Source: a virus. From it: 64,000 bases of DNA. Under the pieces are notes generated by a model, which ran no database searches, was not told the DNA's origin, and worked only from the letters and a program-made list of their open reading frames with translations. Every line of letters starts with the position of its first letter. Within the stretch, counting starts at the first letter, position 1. Positions 10,739 through 21,322 of this stretch are shown here, one piece after another. The DNA lies in the IMG/VR virus record IMGVR_UViG_3300010885_040738, positions 1 to 64,000 of that record; one strand, written 5' to 3'. The translations under genes were made by a program, and so were the position numbers.

Positions 10739-11169
10739 AGTATTTGTATCCTGGTGCCACGTGTGCGAGACAAAGTGCGAGTCTCCGTTCAAGGTGGTGA
10801 CGTGTAAGTGCGGCGCGGTTCATGAGCGGACCTGGCCGGCGCAGACTGCAGGTGCGAAATGAAATTGCCATCGGCGGCAGAACTGACTGGGTCAAATCCT
10901 GATCACCCGGAGACGCAAAATGCGCTACTTGCACGGCTGGAGCGGGAAATCCGCGAGGACAAGGCCGACGCAGAGGCGCTCCGGGCGCTGGGGGCGTGGG
11001 TAAACGCGGACAAAGGCTGGCGGCGCGTGTCCGGCATTTGCAGTGGCGAACGTTTTGAATTTGAGGTGACGATTCGATTTTGGCGCGGCACTGACGGGCA
11101 GCAAGAGGTCAGTGGCGAGGCCGACACTCTTGCGGGTGCCATTATGGACGCGCTCTCGAAGGCGGCACG

Positions 11170-11568
11170 ATGACCGCAAACCAGATCACCGCAGAGCTGC
11201 TGATTGAGATCCCGAAGCGATTCCCGAACTCTATTTGCTGGCGGAACAATACCGGCAGCGGCATTGGCATGGCCAGCGTTCGCGCCGCCATCGCCTGCCT
11301 AAAGCGACAGGACTGCAAGGGCGCGCTGGGTCACCTGAAACGTCCGGTTGGGTTTGGGCTGGTGGGAAGCTCGGACATCATCGTTATTATGGCGCCCGGC
11401 GGCCGCTTTGTCGCCGTTGAGGTCAAGGCCGAAGGCGATAAGCAGTCGAACGTACAGTGCTCGTTTGAGGCGAGCGTGACGGCCCTCGGTGGCGCGTATA
11501 TCGTAGCCCGTGACGTTGCGGAATGCCTGGCAGAAATGGAGGCGAAATGTGGATACACGTCCCGTTAG
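11170..11568 (+). CDS. VRR-NUC domain nuclease
   Basis: WRNNTG, GSSDII, FVAVEVK, QS..Q motifs. Confidence 0.8.
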   Translation: MTANQITAELLIEIPKRFPNSICWRNNTGSGIGMASVRAAIACLKRQDCKGALGHLKRPVGFGLVGSSDIIVIMAPGGRFVAVEVKAEGDKQSNVQCSFEASVTALGGAYIVARDVAECLAEMEAKCGYTSR

Positions 11569-13115
11569 AGTGCTCTCCCTCTTCAGTGGCGTCTCCGGAC
11601 TCGGCCTTGGCGTCCGAATCGCTTTACCAGAATCTCGCCACATTTGTTTCGTCGAGAGGGAATTTGCTGCCTGCGAAGTACTGGCAGCGCGCATGGCCGA
11701 TGGATCGCTTGACCCGGCACCCATCTTTACGGATATTACCCAGTTCGACGGCAAGCCGTGGCGTGGACGAGTGGATCTTATCGAAGGGGGCTTCCCATGC
11801 CAAGACCTGTCCGTTGCCGGAAAACGAGCCGGGATCACTGGAAGCCGGTCAGGGCTTTGGGGTGAGTACGTCCGCCTCATTGAAGAAAGCCAGCCCGAAG
11901 CAGCATTCATTGAAAACGTCGGCGGACTACTCTCAAGTCGCACTCTTCTCCACAGATCCGACATACTGGGACACTTCGACGCAATTCGCAGCGCCGCGCA
12001 AACTCCGCAAGAGCGCTGGCACGCTGAAGCTCACATCGAACGCCTTCACCGGCGACTTCTCAAAACACAAGGAATCTCGGCATTGCTCTATGTCCAGTGC
12101 TGCCTGGGAGCGCTGGGTTACGAAAGCGAGGCGGGATTTTTCACGGCGTCAGAAGTCGGGGCCAGTCACAAGCGAGAACGTGTTTTTGTCTTGGCGCATC
12201 GCACCGGCGGAAGGTTCCGGGATATCTGGCGAGACGCAGAGCGGGGTTTGGCGGAGTCCGAACACGAGGGACCATCATGCGGGAGGTCCGCGCCTGCACC
12301 ATCCTCAGCGGCAGGTGGCGCTGGTGGACCAGTCAACCGAGTGGCCGACACCCAGTGTCCCAAATGGCGGCCGGACGACCAACACGACAACAACCAGGGC
12401 GGACGGCAGCAAGCGCCAAGTGGATCTGGGGGCGATAGCTCCGTTGTGGCCAACTATCACGACAAGCGACGGCGGGGCGGAGACAACAACGCAGAAGCAG
12501 GGCCGGGGATCTGGCGGGGGCAATATCCAAGCGGCAGCGAGCCTTTGGCAGACGCCGGCGACGGACTCATTTCGGAGCCGTGGCGGGGACCGTCAGGACG
12601 AGATGGGGCTGGACCAAGAAGCGCGGCACTGGGGGACGCCGACGACGCGGGACTGGAAGGACGGCAGCAGCGCGGACGCGGACTGCGAGACGAACGGGCT
12701 GCTGGGACGTCAGGTGATCCGGAACTGGCCGACACCGACTCCATGGCAACAGGAGGAGTCGCCGGAATCATTCGAGGCGCGGCGGATTCAGCAAAAGGCG
12801 AGGGGGATCAACGGGAACGGGATGGGCGTGCCGCTGGACATGATGGCGACCTGCCTCTTTTCGCCCCAGGCCCCGGAGCAAGCGACTTCTGGCAAGACCT
12901 GCTGGTGCGGCACCCAGAACTGCGACCTGCCATCTCACAGGCGGAGATTGAACGCCTTGTTTGTAACCTGGATGATGAATTGGCCGCTGTTTTGGCTGGC
13001 TCCCGTACCGACCAACTCAGGGCGGCAGGGAATGGCGTTGTATCTCTTCAGGCAGCGTTCGCTTTTGTCACGCTTGCTCGGCAAATCTGCAAGCAATAAA
13101 GGAGCCGCACAATGA
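11547..13115 (+). CDS. Overlapping-frame methyltransferase partner (beta-like) with motif IX and tandem WxTP repeats
   Basis: Stop-free 522-codon frame; RRLNALFVTWMMNWP; SD GGAGG; its stop overlaps the next ATG (ATGA). Confidence 0.75.
   Translation: MWIHVPLECSPSSVASPDSALASESLYQNLATFVSSRGNLLPAKYWQRAWPMDRLTRHPSLRILPSSTASRGVDEWILSKGASHAKTCPLPENEPGSLEAGQGFGVSTSASLKKASPKQHSLKTSADYSQVALFSTDPTYWDTSTQFAAPRKLRKSAGTLKLTSNAFTGDFSKHKESRHCSMSSAAWERWVTKARRDFSRRQKSGPVTSENVFLSWRIAPAEGSGISGETQSGVWRSPNTRDHHAGGPRLHHPQRQVALVDQSTEWPTPSVPNGGRTTNTTTTRADGSKRQVDLGAIAPLWPTITTSDGGAETTTQKQGRGSGGGNIQAAASLWQTPATDSFRSRGGDRQDEMGLDQEARHWGTPTTRDWKDGSSADADCETNGLLGRQVIRNWPTPTPWQQEESPESFEARRIQQKARGINGNGMGVPLDMMATCLFSPQAPEQATSGKTCWCGTQNCDLPSHRRRLNALFVTWMMNWPLFWLAPVPTNSGRQGMALYLFRQRSLLSRLLGKSASNKGAAQ
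11549..13099 (+). CDS. C5 cytosine DNA methyltransferase, catalytic (alpha-like) polypeptide
   Basis: Motifs I (LFSG), IV (GFPCQDLS), VI (ENV), VIII (HKRERVF) and X (GNGVV); no motif IX in this frame. Confidence 0.9.
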   Translation: MDTRPVRVLSLFSGVSGLGLGVRIALPESRHICFVEREFAACEVLAARMADGSLDPAPIFTDITQFDGKPWRGRVDLIEGGFPCQDLSVAGKRAGITGSRSGLWGEYVRLIEESQPEAAFIENVGGLLSSRTLLHRSDILGHFDAIRSAAQTPQERWHAEAHIERLHRRLLKTQGISALLYVQCCLGALGYESEAGFFTASEVGASHKRERVFVLAHRTGGRFRDIWRDAERGLAESEHEGPSCGRSAPAPSSAAGGAGGPVNRVADTQCPKWRPDDQHDNNQGGRQQAPSGSGGDSSVVANYHDKRRRGGDNNAEAGPGIWRGQYPSGSEPLADAGDGLISEPWRGPSGRDGAGPRSAALGDADDAGLEGRQQRGRGLRDERAAGTSGDPELADTDSMATGGVAGIIRGAADSAKGEGDQRERDGRAAGHDGDLPLFAPGPGASDFWQDLLVRHPELRPAISQAEIERLVCNLDDELAAVLAGSRTDQLRAAGNGVVSLQAAFAFVTLARQICKQ

Positions 13116-13690
13116 ACGCCGTATTCCTACGTCTGCCCAATGGCAGCGAAACGAACATCTCCATCTGCACGTCATGCGGGGCCCCGGCGCGAGGCCGAAC
13201 GCAGTTTGACATCTCCGAGAAATGCTGCACATGCTGGGAGTGCGGCGGGCCGCTGACGGCGGAAGAGAAGAAGCACCCAGGGCATTATCATGCGGCGTGT
13301 GATCGGCTACGCAGAGGCACGATGGATCTGGCGCGCTTGGAGAAGGCCACGCTGGTCGAGAATTACGACGGGCCGGTTTACTGTGAGGGCGTCCCAGGCG
13401 GAAGCTACGGCGACGGGTATTTCTCAGACGTTGACGAACTTGAGGATTGTCTCGAAAAGGGCTGTGGCGTAGAGTTCGCCTACTGCTGCACGTCGTCCCG
13501 CGTTGTAGCACTTGACCTTGACGGCATCCTTGAAAACGCTACGCAGGAGTCTTTCGAGGACGCCATTGACCATATTAAAGGCCGCGACTATCTTCAGGCT
13601 GCTGTGGATGCGTTCAACGCAGCAAACGCGAAGTTGTTGAGCTGGGATGTGGACTACTCCCGGAAAGTGAAGGTGGAGCGTGGGAGCTAA
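13112..13690 (+). CDS. Hypothetical Cys-rich phage protein
   Basis: CxxC motifs; translationally coupled to the upstream gene. Confidence 0.65.
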   Translation: MNAVFLRLPNGSETNISICTSCGAPARGRTQFDISEKCCTCWECGGPLTAEEKKHPGHYHAACDRLRRGTMDLARLEKATLVENYDGPVYCEGVPGGSYGDGYFSDVDELEDCLEKGCGVEFAYCCTSSRVVALDLDGILENATQESFEDAIDHIKGRDYLQAAVDAFNAANAKLLSWDVDYSRKVKVERGS

Positions 13691-14345
13691 AATCGACCGC
13701 CCAATCCTGTATTCCGCGCCGATGGTGCGTGCGTGCCGGGCATATCTAAAGACCGAGACGCGGCGGGCCCGGGGGCTGAAGCGGATCAACGAAGCGCCTG
13801 GCGAATGGGAATGCCTTGGGGAACTATACGGAATTCCACGCGGTCAGTTCGACTTTCAGCATAAGGAAACTGGCGAGGTCATTACGGTTAGGTCGCCATA
13901 CGGAGTCTCCGGCGACGGGCTGTGGCATCGGGAGGCGTACCGGGCCAGTGCCTGCTACAACGATCTGCCGCCAAGTGAAGTGCCGGAAGGTTCGCCGATC
14001 TGGTACGAAGCTGACAGCACCCCGGCAATCGTCGGCGCGAGGTTTGGCAAACTCCGCCCGGGCATGTTCATGTGCCGGTGGATGAGCCGCGATTCTTCGG
14101 TGGTGGTGCGCTCTTACCCTGAGCGCCTGCACGAGATCACGGAGGAGGGGGCGAAGGCTGAGGGCGCACTGTTTCACGACGGCATGGGCGTCGGGCATAG
14201 CGGCTGGCGGCACGACAGGGACCACGGAACGGTCTATGTCAACGCCCGGACATCGTACTTCCATCTCTGGGACTCCGTCAACGGCCTCGGGGCTGCGGCG
14301 AAGAACGAATGGGTTTGGGTGACGAAGTTTAGTATGGTGGCGTGA
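13680..14345 (+). CDS. ASCH-like conserved phage protein
   Basis: RPILYSAPMVRA..KTETRR, SPYG..GD.LW.RE, ERL.EITEE.A.AEG, WVWV motifs. Confidence 0.75.
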   Translation: MGAKIDRPILYSAPMVRACRAYLKTETRRARGLKRINEAPGEWECLGELYGIPRGQFDFQHKETGEVITVRSPYGVSGDGLWHREAYRASACYNDLPPSEVPEGSPIWYEADSTPAIVGARFGKLRPGMFMCRWMSRDSSVVVRSYPERLHEITEEGAKAEGALFHDGMGVGHSGWRHDRDHGTVYVNARTSYFHLWDSVNGLGAAAKNEWVWVTKFSMVA

Positions 14346-14826
14346 AGGGGAGGGAATGGAAGAAGATGATCTATCAACAAAAGGATTTGGGGGTGACCTG
14401 TGAAATACGAAACACTTGAAGTCATAGCCGTGCTTGCGGCTGCGTATGTTGGGTTCAGGCTAATGTACCGGGCGATCACCGGTGGCTGGGATAAGTCGGA
14501 ACCGAAACTGGAAGATGCGGAAGCGCAGCATGGGACGTCGGAGCCCAATAACGCGGAGCCGTGGTCATGAACGAAAGCCAGCGCTCACAGTTGCGCGAAC
14601 TCATCGCCTACTGCCGGGCGCACGTTGAGACGCCGCTCGGAATCATCTCGAACTCCATGCTCAATGACCTGGCTGCTTTGTCAGGTCGCCAGCGCACGTG
14701 GAAGAAACTGCATCCAGCCGGGATGACCGCATGTGGTCACGCGACCAATAATCGTCACCTCGTCTTGGAACTTTGCGACCAAGCGGAGAAGGTTCTGGAT
14801 CTCCGACCTCTGCTGGTACTGGTCCC

Positions 14827-15555
14827 ATGATCTCAGCAGCCACAATCGAAGCCATCAAGGCGGCCGTGCCGACATACCAACTCGTGTCGGAGTACGTCCG
14901 CCTGCGTAAATCTGGCAACGATTACCTTGGCTGCTGCCCGTTCCACAACGAAAAGACGCCCAGCTTCCGCGTCCACGTGACCGGCGAACGGGCCGGGCTG
15001 TGCAAATGCTTCGGATGCGGGTTTGCCGGCAACCAGATTGATTTCCTGCGCGAGATCGAGCAACTCACGTTTTTGCAGGCGATCCGCCAACTTTCCGAAC
15101 GGTCCGGCATCCCGCTGGATGAGGAGAAGCCAGCGCAGGCGGTGCCGCCAAAGAGTCGAATGCGCCGGATTGCGGATCAGGAAGACGAGGAATGCTGTGA
15201 GTGGTGGTGGAAAACACGTACACAACATATAGTGGCCGAATTAAATCGTGCCGCAAGTGAGGCTGAATGGTTCCCGGTTTCAATATCATGGAGTGATGCT
15301 GGCGAACAGGAATTTGAGGCCCTCGCGCCGATGCCTGACTCGTATGCGTGGGCAGCATGTGTTGGCAGGATCTTTCAGTGGTGCGAGGGTCGGCTGGAAA
15401 GTGGTGACGGCGTGAAGCTGGACAAAGTGGAAAGGATGAGAATGTTCAAAGCGATGGTAACGGCAGGGGATCGGCGGGAGTTCCGAAAAGAGCGTTCAGA
15501 ATTGCGGATGATAGATGGGCTGATTATGGAAGCCTTGGCGGTGGTGCAGTCATGA
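14827..15555 (+). CDS. CHC2 zinc-finger (DnaG N-terminal domain) protein without TOPRIM
   Basis: GCCPFHNEKTPSF...CFGCG motif; unrelated C-terminal half. Confidence 0.85.
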   Translation: MISAATIEAIKAAVPTYQLVSEYVRLRKSGNDYLGCCPFHNEKTPSFRVHVTGERAGLCKCFGCGFAGNQIDFLREIEQLTFLQAIRQLSERSGIPLDEEKPAQAVPPKSRMRRIADQEDEECCEWWWKTRTQHIVAELNRAASEAEWFPVSISWSDAGEQEFEALAPMPDSYAWAACVGRIFQWCEGRLESGDGVKLDKVERMRMFKAMVTAGDRREFRKERSELRMIDGLIMEALAVVQS

Positions 15556-15914
15556 GAACAAAAGACGACGTCCTCGCGGACCCGATAGTTGGCGATCAGG
15601 CTGGGCACCGAGATAAACCAGACAAGCGCGTGACGTTGCGGTTTACTGATGCGACAGGCCAAGAATGTCTGTGGGTGACAACCACAAAAGTAATGACTGT
15701 TCAGAACTGGCGACGGATGATGCGCGGCGCTACCGTCTTGAAGGTGGCGCAGCCATGATGACCTACCCATCTCACGGGCTCAGCATGAAACGCAATTGGG
15801 GCACTGTCAAAAAGTGCCCGCACTGCGTAAAGACGAACATTACTATGACCTGCAAGGATCAGATCACCTGCGGCGGGATCACGTGCAGGGACCTGCAGAA
15901 CAAAAAAGCCGCAC

Positions 15915-17552
15915 GTGACCGAACGGCGGCCAGAAAAGCGCTGCGTGTCGCAGTTCAGGAAGCAGCGTAGACCCTTGACTGCCCTTCTCGAATCTCGCAT
16001 CCAATCTGCCATTGATGGCGGTCCGGAGGACTGCTACGACGGGGAACTGATCCGCGAACTGGCCATTATGGAAGCAGCGGACGAGGAAGACGTTCGACGC
16101 GATGGCCGGGCTGAGATGCAGCGCTGCGTCATGCGGTTCAGCGCGAAGTTTAAGCGGGATTTTTCTGCCAGCCGGTTCAAGAATCTTATAGGCGCGGAAG
16201 CGGCGAGGCTGAAATCAGAAGCACATCGCGCTAGGCAGGAAGAAAAACAGAACCGCGGCGAGGACTGGAAAGACTATCTGGTGATGAAGCCGTCGAAGGA
16301 CGGTGACGGTACCGTAGCACCCTGCGAAGAGTCGGCCATCATCTACTTTACGAATCACGATGACTGGAAGGGCGCTCTTGCGTGGGACGAGTTCACCGCA
16401 GAGCATTCGGTGGTGAGGCCATTGCCGATTGGCGTAAAGCCCGGGCAGCCGCTCGAAGACCATCACGACACACTCATTCAGGCGTGGTTGCAACGTGAGA
16501 CGCGGGAGCCGAAGTGGGCGCTCGACACGGTGCGCCGCGCAGTGGACGTTGTCGCAAAGGCCAGATCATTCCATCCAATCAAGAGATACCTCGAAGGGCT
16601 GCAGCCGTGGGACGGGCGCCAGCGACTGTCAACGTGGCTGGAAAAGTACTGCGGCGCCGGGCCGGCTGAAAGTGACGATTCCCGGGACGCACGAAATTTG
16701 TCAAACTTCATCGCCGCCATCGGCGAACGCTGGTGGATCTCTGCAATCGCCCGCATTTATGAACCAGGGTGCAAAGTTGATCACGTGCTCGTGCTCGAAG
16801 GGCTTAAGGGCATCGGCAAGACGACGCTGGTAGATGTCATCTTCGGCGGTAAATTCGCCATGATCACCGGCGACGTAGCCAGCAAGGACAACCAAATGCT
16901 GCTGTCCACTGGCGTCTGGGGTATTCTCATGGACGAGCTCGATGTTCTCGGCAAATCCGAGATGCGCGCCGTTAAGAGCTGGGTAACGGCGCAGGTCGAG
17001 CGCTTCCGCCCTACATGGGGGCACCGGCACGTCAGTCGCCCTCGGAAGTGCGTTTTCATCGCGACCGTCAATGGCGACGACTGGGCGATGGAAGAAGACC
17101 GGCGCTGGTGGCCGGTCGCATGTAAGGGCAGGTTCGACCTGGATGGGCTCCGCGAGAATCGGGATCAGCTGATGGCGGAGGCATTCCACCGCTACAGCGA
17201 GGGTCAGCGCTGGTACTTGGACCCGAACGAAGACGACCGCCTCATTGAGACGGCGAAAAAAGAGCAGGCGGCTCGTGTTCCGGAGAGCGCCAACGAAGCC
17301 AGCTACATGCGCATGGCCATTGTCGCCGCCTCCGAGAGTTCCACATATCCGAATACGTGTGGGATTGACGAGATCCTGACGAAGCTAAACGTCCCTGTCG
17401 GCGATCAGCGCGACCGTTTAAGCGCCAAGGTCGGCAAGTGCCTCCGCAAACATGGTTGGATACGCACGCGGCCTCGTGACACCGGCACGGGGCAGCAGGT
17501 CACTCGGTATGTTCGACCAGTAGAGGGTTTGGGATTCAGGGAGGTGGAGTAG
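15915..17552 (+). CDS. VirE/VapE-family P-loop helicase (start uncertain)
   Basis: FHPIKRYL..WDG..RL, PGCKVD, GLKGIGKT, MDEL, RRWW motifs. Confidence 0.9.
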   Translation: MTERRPEKRCVSQFRKQRRPLTALLESRIQSAIDGGPEDCYDGELIRELAIMEAADEEDVRRDGRAEMQRCVMRFSAKFKRDFSASRFKNLIGAEAARLKSEAHRARQEEKQNRGEDWKDYLVMKPSKDGDGTVAPCEESAIIYFTNHDDWKGALAWDEFTAEHSVVRPLPIGVKPGQPLEDHHDTLIQAWLQRETREPKWALDTVRRAVDVVAKARSFHPIKRYLEGLQPWDGRQRLSTWLEKYCGAGPAESDDSRDARNLSNFIAAIGERWWISAIARIYEPGCKVDHVLVLEGLKGIGKTTLVDVIFGGKFAMITGDVASKDNQMLLSTGVWGILMDELDVLGKSEMRAVKSWVTAQVERFRPTWGHRHVSRPRKCVFIATVNGDDWAMEEDRRWWPVACKGRFDLDGLRENRDQLMAEAFHRYSEGQRWYLDPNEDDRLIETAKKEQAARVPESANEASYMRMAIVAASESSTYPNTCGIDEILTKLNVPVGDQRDRLSAKVGKCLRKHGWIRTRPRDTGTGQQVTRYVRPVEGLGFREVE

Positions 17553-18149
17553 TAATGCAGGTTGCGGAGTGGCTGAGGGCAAAAGCGAGTGCGGACGTGA
17601 TTGTGATGGACGAGGGGTCGTACAATCTGAAACCTGAATCGGCGGTGCAGTGATGCCCAGACTGGCAGAGCGCAGATTCGATTATTGGGAGTGGGTCGGT
17701 GGTCGGCACAACGACTACATCGACTGGTACAACCTTAACGATGCGTGGGGATTGTGGCGCGAGGGGGCTGATTAAGATGCTGACAAGAACGGAATTAGAG
17801 AAGCTGCGGGCGTTTGTTGTTTTGGCGGTCAGGCTTACGGCGGGAACAACTGTGCAGGGTGGCGATGCCCTTGCCATTCTCGACGCGGCGCTGGCGGTGC
17901 CCGAGGCGCGGGAGTGGCGGCTTACGTGGCGTGGCGGAAAGTCATCACCGACGATTAACAAACAGAAGATTTACGACTTGAGCCGGTACCCGCCCGCCTT
18001 CATGGTGTCAATGCTGGCCGAGTTTGAATCACTGCCTGCCGGAAAAGTGCCGTCTATTGAGTCGCGCACTCCAGCCGGTCCGTGGGTAAAAAGATGAGGA
18101 GTGGCTGACAAAAATGGCTACAACATGCTTTGCTGAAGCGCTGGAGTGT

Positions 18150-18184
18150 AAAAAAGGGGCTCCCGTGATAGGAGCCCCTTTTTT
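18150..18184. terminator. Bidirectional intrinsic terminator
   Basis: A6-GGGGCTCC-loop-GGAGCCCC-T6 where two gene blocks converge. Confidence 0.85.
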
Positions 18185-20811
18185 ACCTTACGATCATCTT
18201 CCAGACTGCGACCAACACCACCAGCCAGAACGCTACCAGAAATAGGCGCTTCATGATCCGCCGCCAGTGGCACCAGTCGGCTGGCATGGCATTCTCGCTT
18301 TTTGGATGGCCTCGCGAACGGCCTGTGTGGTGGGCATTTTGACCGGCGGGAAGATCCGAATCCAGACGGTTTCCGCCGTCTCCGTCTCGTCAGCGTAAAT
18401 CTGATTCACCGTTGCTGTCCAGCCAGGGCCAAAAACATCAGGCAGGATCTCAATCGGCGTATCCCCCGCCGTGTCGTAGTTTGCTTCGCCAAAAAGCACG
18501 GTGAGGTCAATATCCGCCGGGTCCAGTTGTACCTCGCAGTAGTCGGCCTCAACTGCCAGCCCATCAGGCCCCACAAAAACGCCGATCTTCGCCAGACAGG
18601 CGCGGACGTTGACCGCCAGCGCGAATGCCTCGTGGCTTGCGAGTGTCCCCATCACGCCACCGCCTTGTCCATCGCCAGGCACCGCGCCAAGTGGTCACCT
18701 TCACGAGCCCCGGCACCAATCGCAAGCAGCCACGTAACGCCAGCCGCGTCGGCTTTGTCCTCGAAGTCGGTCTGGTAACGCGGGTCGCAGGACGTGTACC
18801 GGGAAACCTTGCACGTCATGCCAGCGACACCGCTATCCCCGGGAACCATCGCCGGGTCCGGCGTGATCGCGTCCTTGGTGGCGCACACACGCAGCCAGCG
18901 CTGAGGGCCGCTCAGCGTAAAGCCCCGAAGCGTCCGCTTTCCTTTCTCCATGTAAATCACCTTCACGGCGTCATTGTACTGGGCGTACTTGACGTTGAAG
19001 GTAACCTCCAGCGTCTTGCACGTCATCGCGTGAACCCCGCCAAGCATCTCGCCAGCGCGGTACATCGTCACGTTCTCAAACTTCTCACTGTTTACGTCGT
19101 TAGACATCATTGCACTTCCTTCTTTCCCGCCTTTAGAAACAACCAGCCCGACACCCACACGCCCTCATCACATACAGAGAAATCCGGCATATCGTCAATC
19201 TCAATATCATCGTCGCTGTCGGCGGCGTACATGGCCCGCGCCTGATCCCGCAGTGACTCGCGCTGTTCAGCAGTCAGGCCGTCCGGATCTTCTCCCGCAT
19301 TCAATCGTTCGCAGAGCTCGTCAATCTGGCCAACGGTCAGCGGCTCGTCTTCATCAAATTGCGGCATGGATGAAAAGGCACCGGGAATCCCTCCATTGGT
19401 GCCCTGCACCGTCCGCAGCGCCGCCAGCACCGTAGCCAACTCTCTCGAAGTAAACATCTTTATAGCCCCCTCAGTTTCAGCGCCGCCGGAATCGACACGC
19501 TGCCGGTCGTCATCTCGTCGGGGTCGTCGTCATCCGTCGAATGGATCACCACGTAGGCGTCCTGCCCATCGTCGCGGACCCTGGTCCATGCCCGGTACCG
19601 ACCAAACTTCAACTTCTCCAGCATGTCCGGCGTCACCGGCATCTCTTGCCACTTCGTTGGTGCTCTCATAACGCAGCCGCCACTGTCGGGATGGTGATAG
19701 TAATAAACTCGCCACGCGCCGTCGCGGCGGCAACTTCTTCGGCCTCGGCCATCGGTGCGAGTCGGTGCCACATTTCAAGTGACTTTTCGTCAAACTCTTC
19801 CAGCAGGTCAGTGAGATCCTGAAGTGAGGCACCGGTAGCGGCCATTTGCTCCAAAGTAGCGTAAATGGTTCGATATGCCAAACCCGCCACGTTTCCGGGG
19901 GCTTCAAGCCCCAATTTGCTGACATCCATGACTTTTCTCCTCAAGTCCGCCAGATCGGCGGAAACCCTGCCAGCGTACCGGCAGAGCTTCCGGCTACCTA
20001 GTAGTATTTCGCGTCCACAATCGCTTGACGCCGCGCCTGTTCCGCAGCGCCCACACCCTTCTCGCACGCCCAATCGTTCGCCTGTTCGCGAGTGAATCGG
20101 TCGGTGTCCATGTCTGGGGTGAATATGCCATCATCAAGCACTTCAACCTCCTCCTCCATCTCAGCCGGGAAAACCAAATACCCTTGGCTATCGGCGTCAT
20201 CCTGGATGCCGTCAAGAAAGTTGACAATGCCGTCCAAGTGCTCTTTTGCCGCGCCCTCGGCTAAAGTGTCAATCACATTGAGTAGCGACACCTTCTGCGT
20301 GGCCAGCAACGCCCAGTCTGTCTTGCTGTAGGCATCGCCAGCAGCCAAGATATCACGAGCCGCCAGAATCAGCCGGTTCATGATCTCCTCGGCGTCGTCG
20401 GGGTCGCTCGGCGTGAACTCAATCCCGTATAGCTGGCACTTTGCCAGCGTCTCAATCAGTGCTTTCATCGGCTCCCTCCATGTAGCAACTCAACCATCGG
20501 CTCCTCTGTGACGCAGACATCGCAATCATGCAGGTCAGGATCTCCCACGGACCCGCAATGAACACACATCGTCGTTTCCACCTCAACGTTCGCCAGCGCC
20601 GAACGTGTCAGATTCTCAGGAGTGAACCCTTGCTGAACGGCGTAATGCAGTAACGCCGCAATAGCGTCAGCAATAACGTAGCCCTCGGCCTTATCATCCG
20701 TTCCGACTCTCGCCGCCCGGATGTACGCACGCAGGGTCTTGGCCCCTTCCTCGCGTACCTGCTCAAGTACCGTCTGGGAAAGTGTCGGGCAGCCGCCAAC
20801 CATAATAACCG

Positions 20812-21297
20812 TCACAGTGTCTCCTCCCCGGCCAAATCAACCGCGTAAGCCGTCGCGCCAGACTCACAAGGAGGCATCACCGGCACCCTACCACGGATCG
20901 CGCACACAACCAGTGTGCCGTGCTCGTCCCGGTCGTCACTGTCGCGGACAGACCGCGAGACCGCAGCCATCGCAGCGTCGTGGTCTTTCTCCTGCACCAT
21001 GACCGCAACCATATTGCCGGTGGCATCGTCCATCGTGATTACGGTCCACCAGTCCAGCAGCGACGAAAACACGCCAGCCACATCTACCAGCGTCCGGCCA
21101 ACCTTGTCGGCATCGTCCAGTGACAAATACAGCATCACCGGCGCATCACTTTCCCTCGCTGCCGGGGCGCGCTTACTCCACGCCTCTAGGCAAACAGTAT
21201 CCTTGGCTCCGCAGCGGACGGCGGCACGCGCCGCCTGAAACACTCCGTTACGGCCCTTGCTCTTTACTCCCGTTTCTTTCAGTTCGATAAATGGCAT
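20812..21297 (-). CDS. Hypothetical protein, paralogue of 22043-22345
   Basis: Shared SKGRNGxFxAA and APVxLY motifs. Confidence 0.7.
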   Translation of the reverse strand: MPFIELKETGVKSKGRNGVFQAARAAVRCGAKDTVCLEAWSKRAPAARESDAPVMLYLSLDDADKVGRTLVDVAGVFSSLLDWWTVITMDDATGNMVAVMVQEKDHDAAMAAVSRSVRDSDDRDEHGTLVVCAIRGRVPVMPPCESGATAYAVDLAGEETL

Positions 21298-21301
21298 AAA
21301 A

Positions 21302-21322
21302 ACCCTTCCGGCCTCTCGGCCA
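21302..21322 (-). repeat. Leader repeat with GGCC-GAGA-GGCC hairpin (also 22354-22374; cores near 26885 and 31636)
   Basis: 21-bp exact repeat ACCCTTCCGGCCTCTCGGCCA, always just upstream of an RBS and ATG. Confidence 0.85.
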
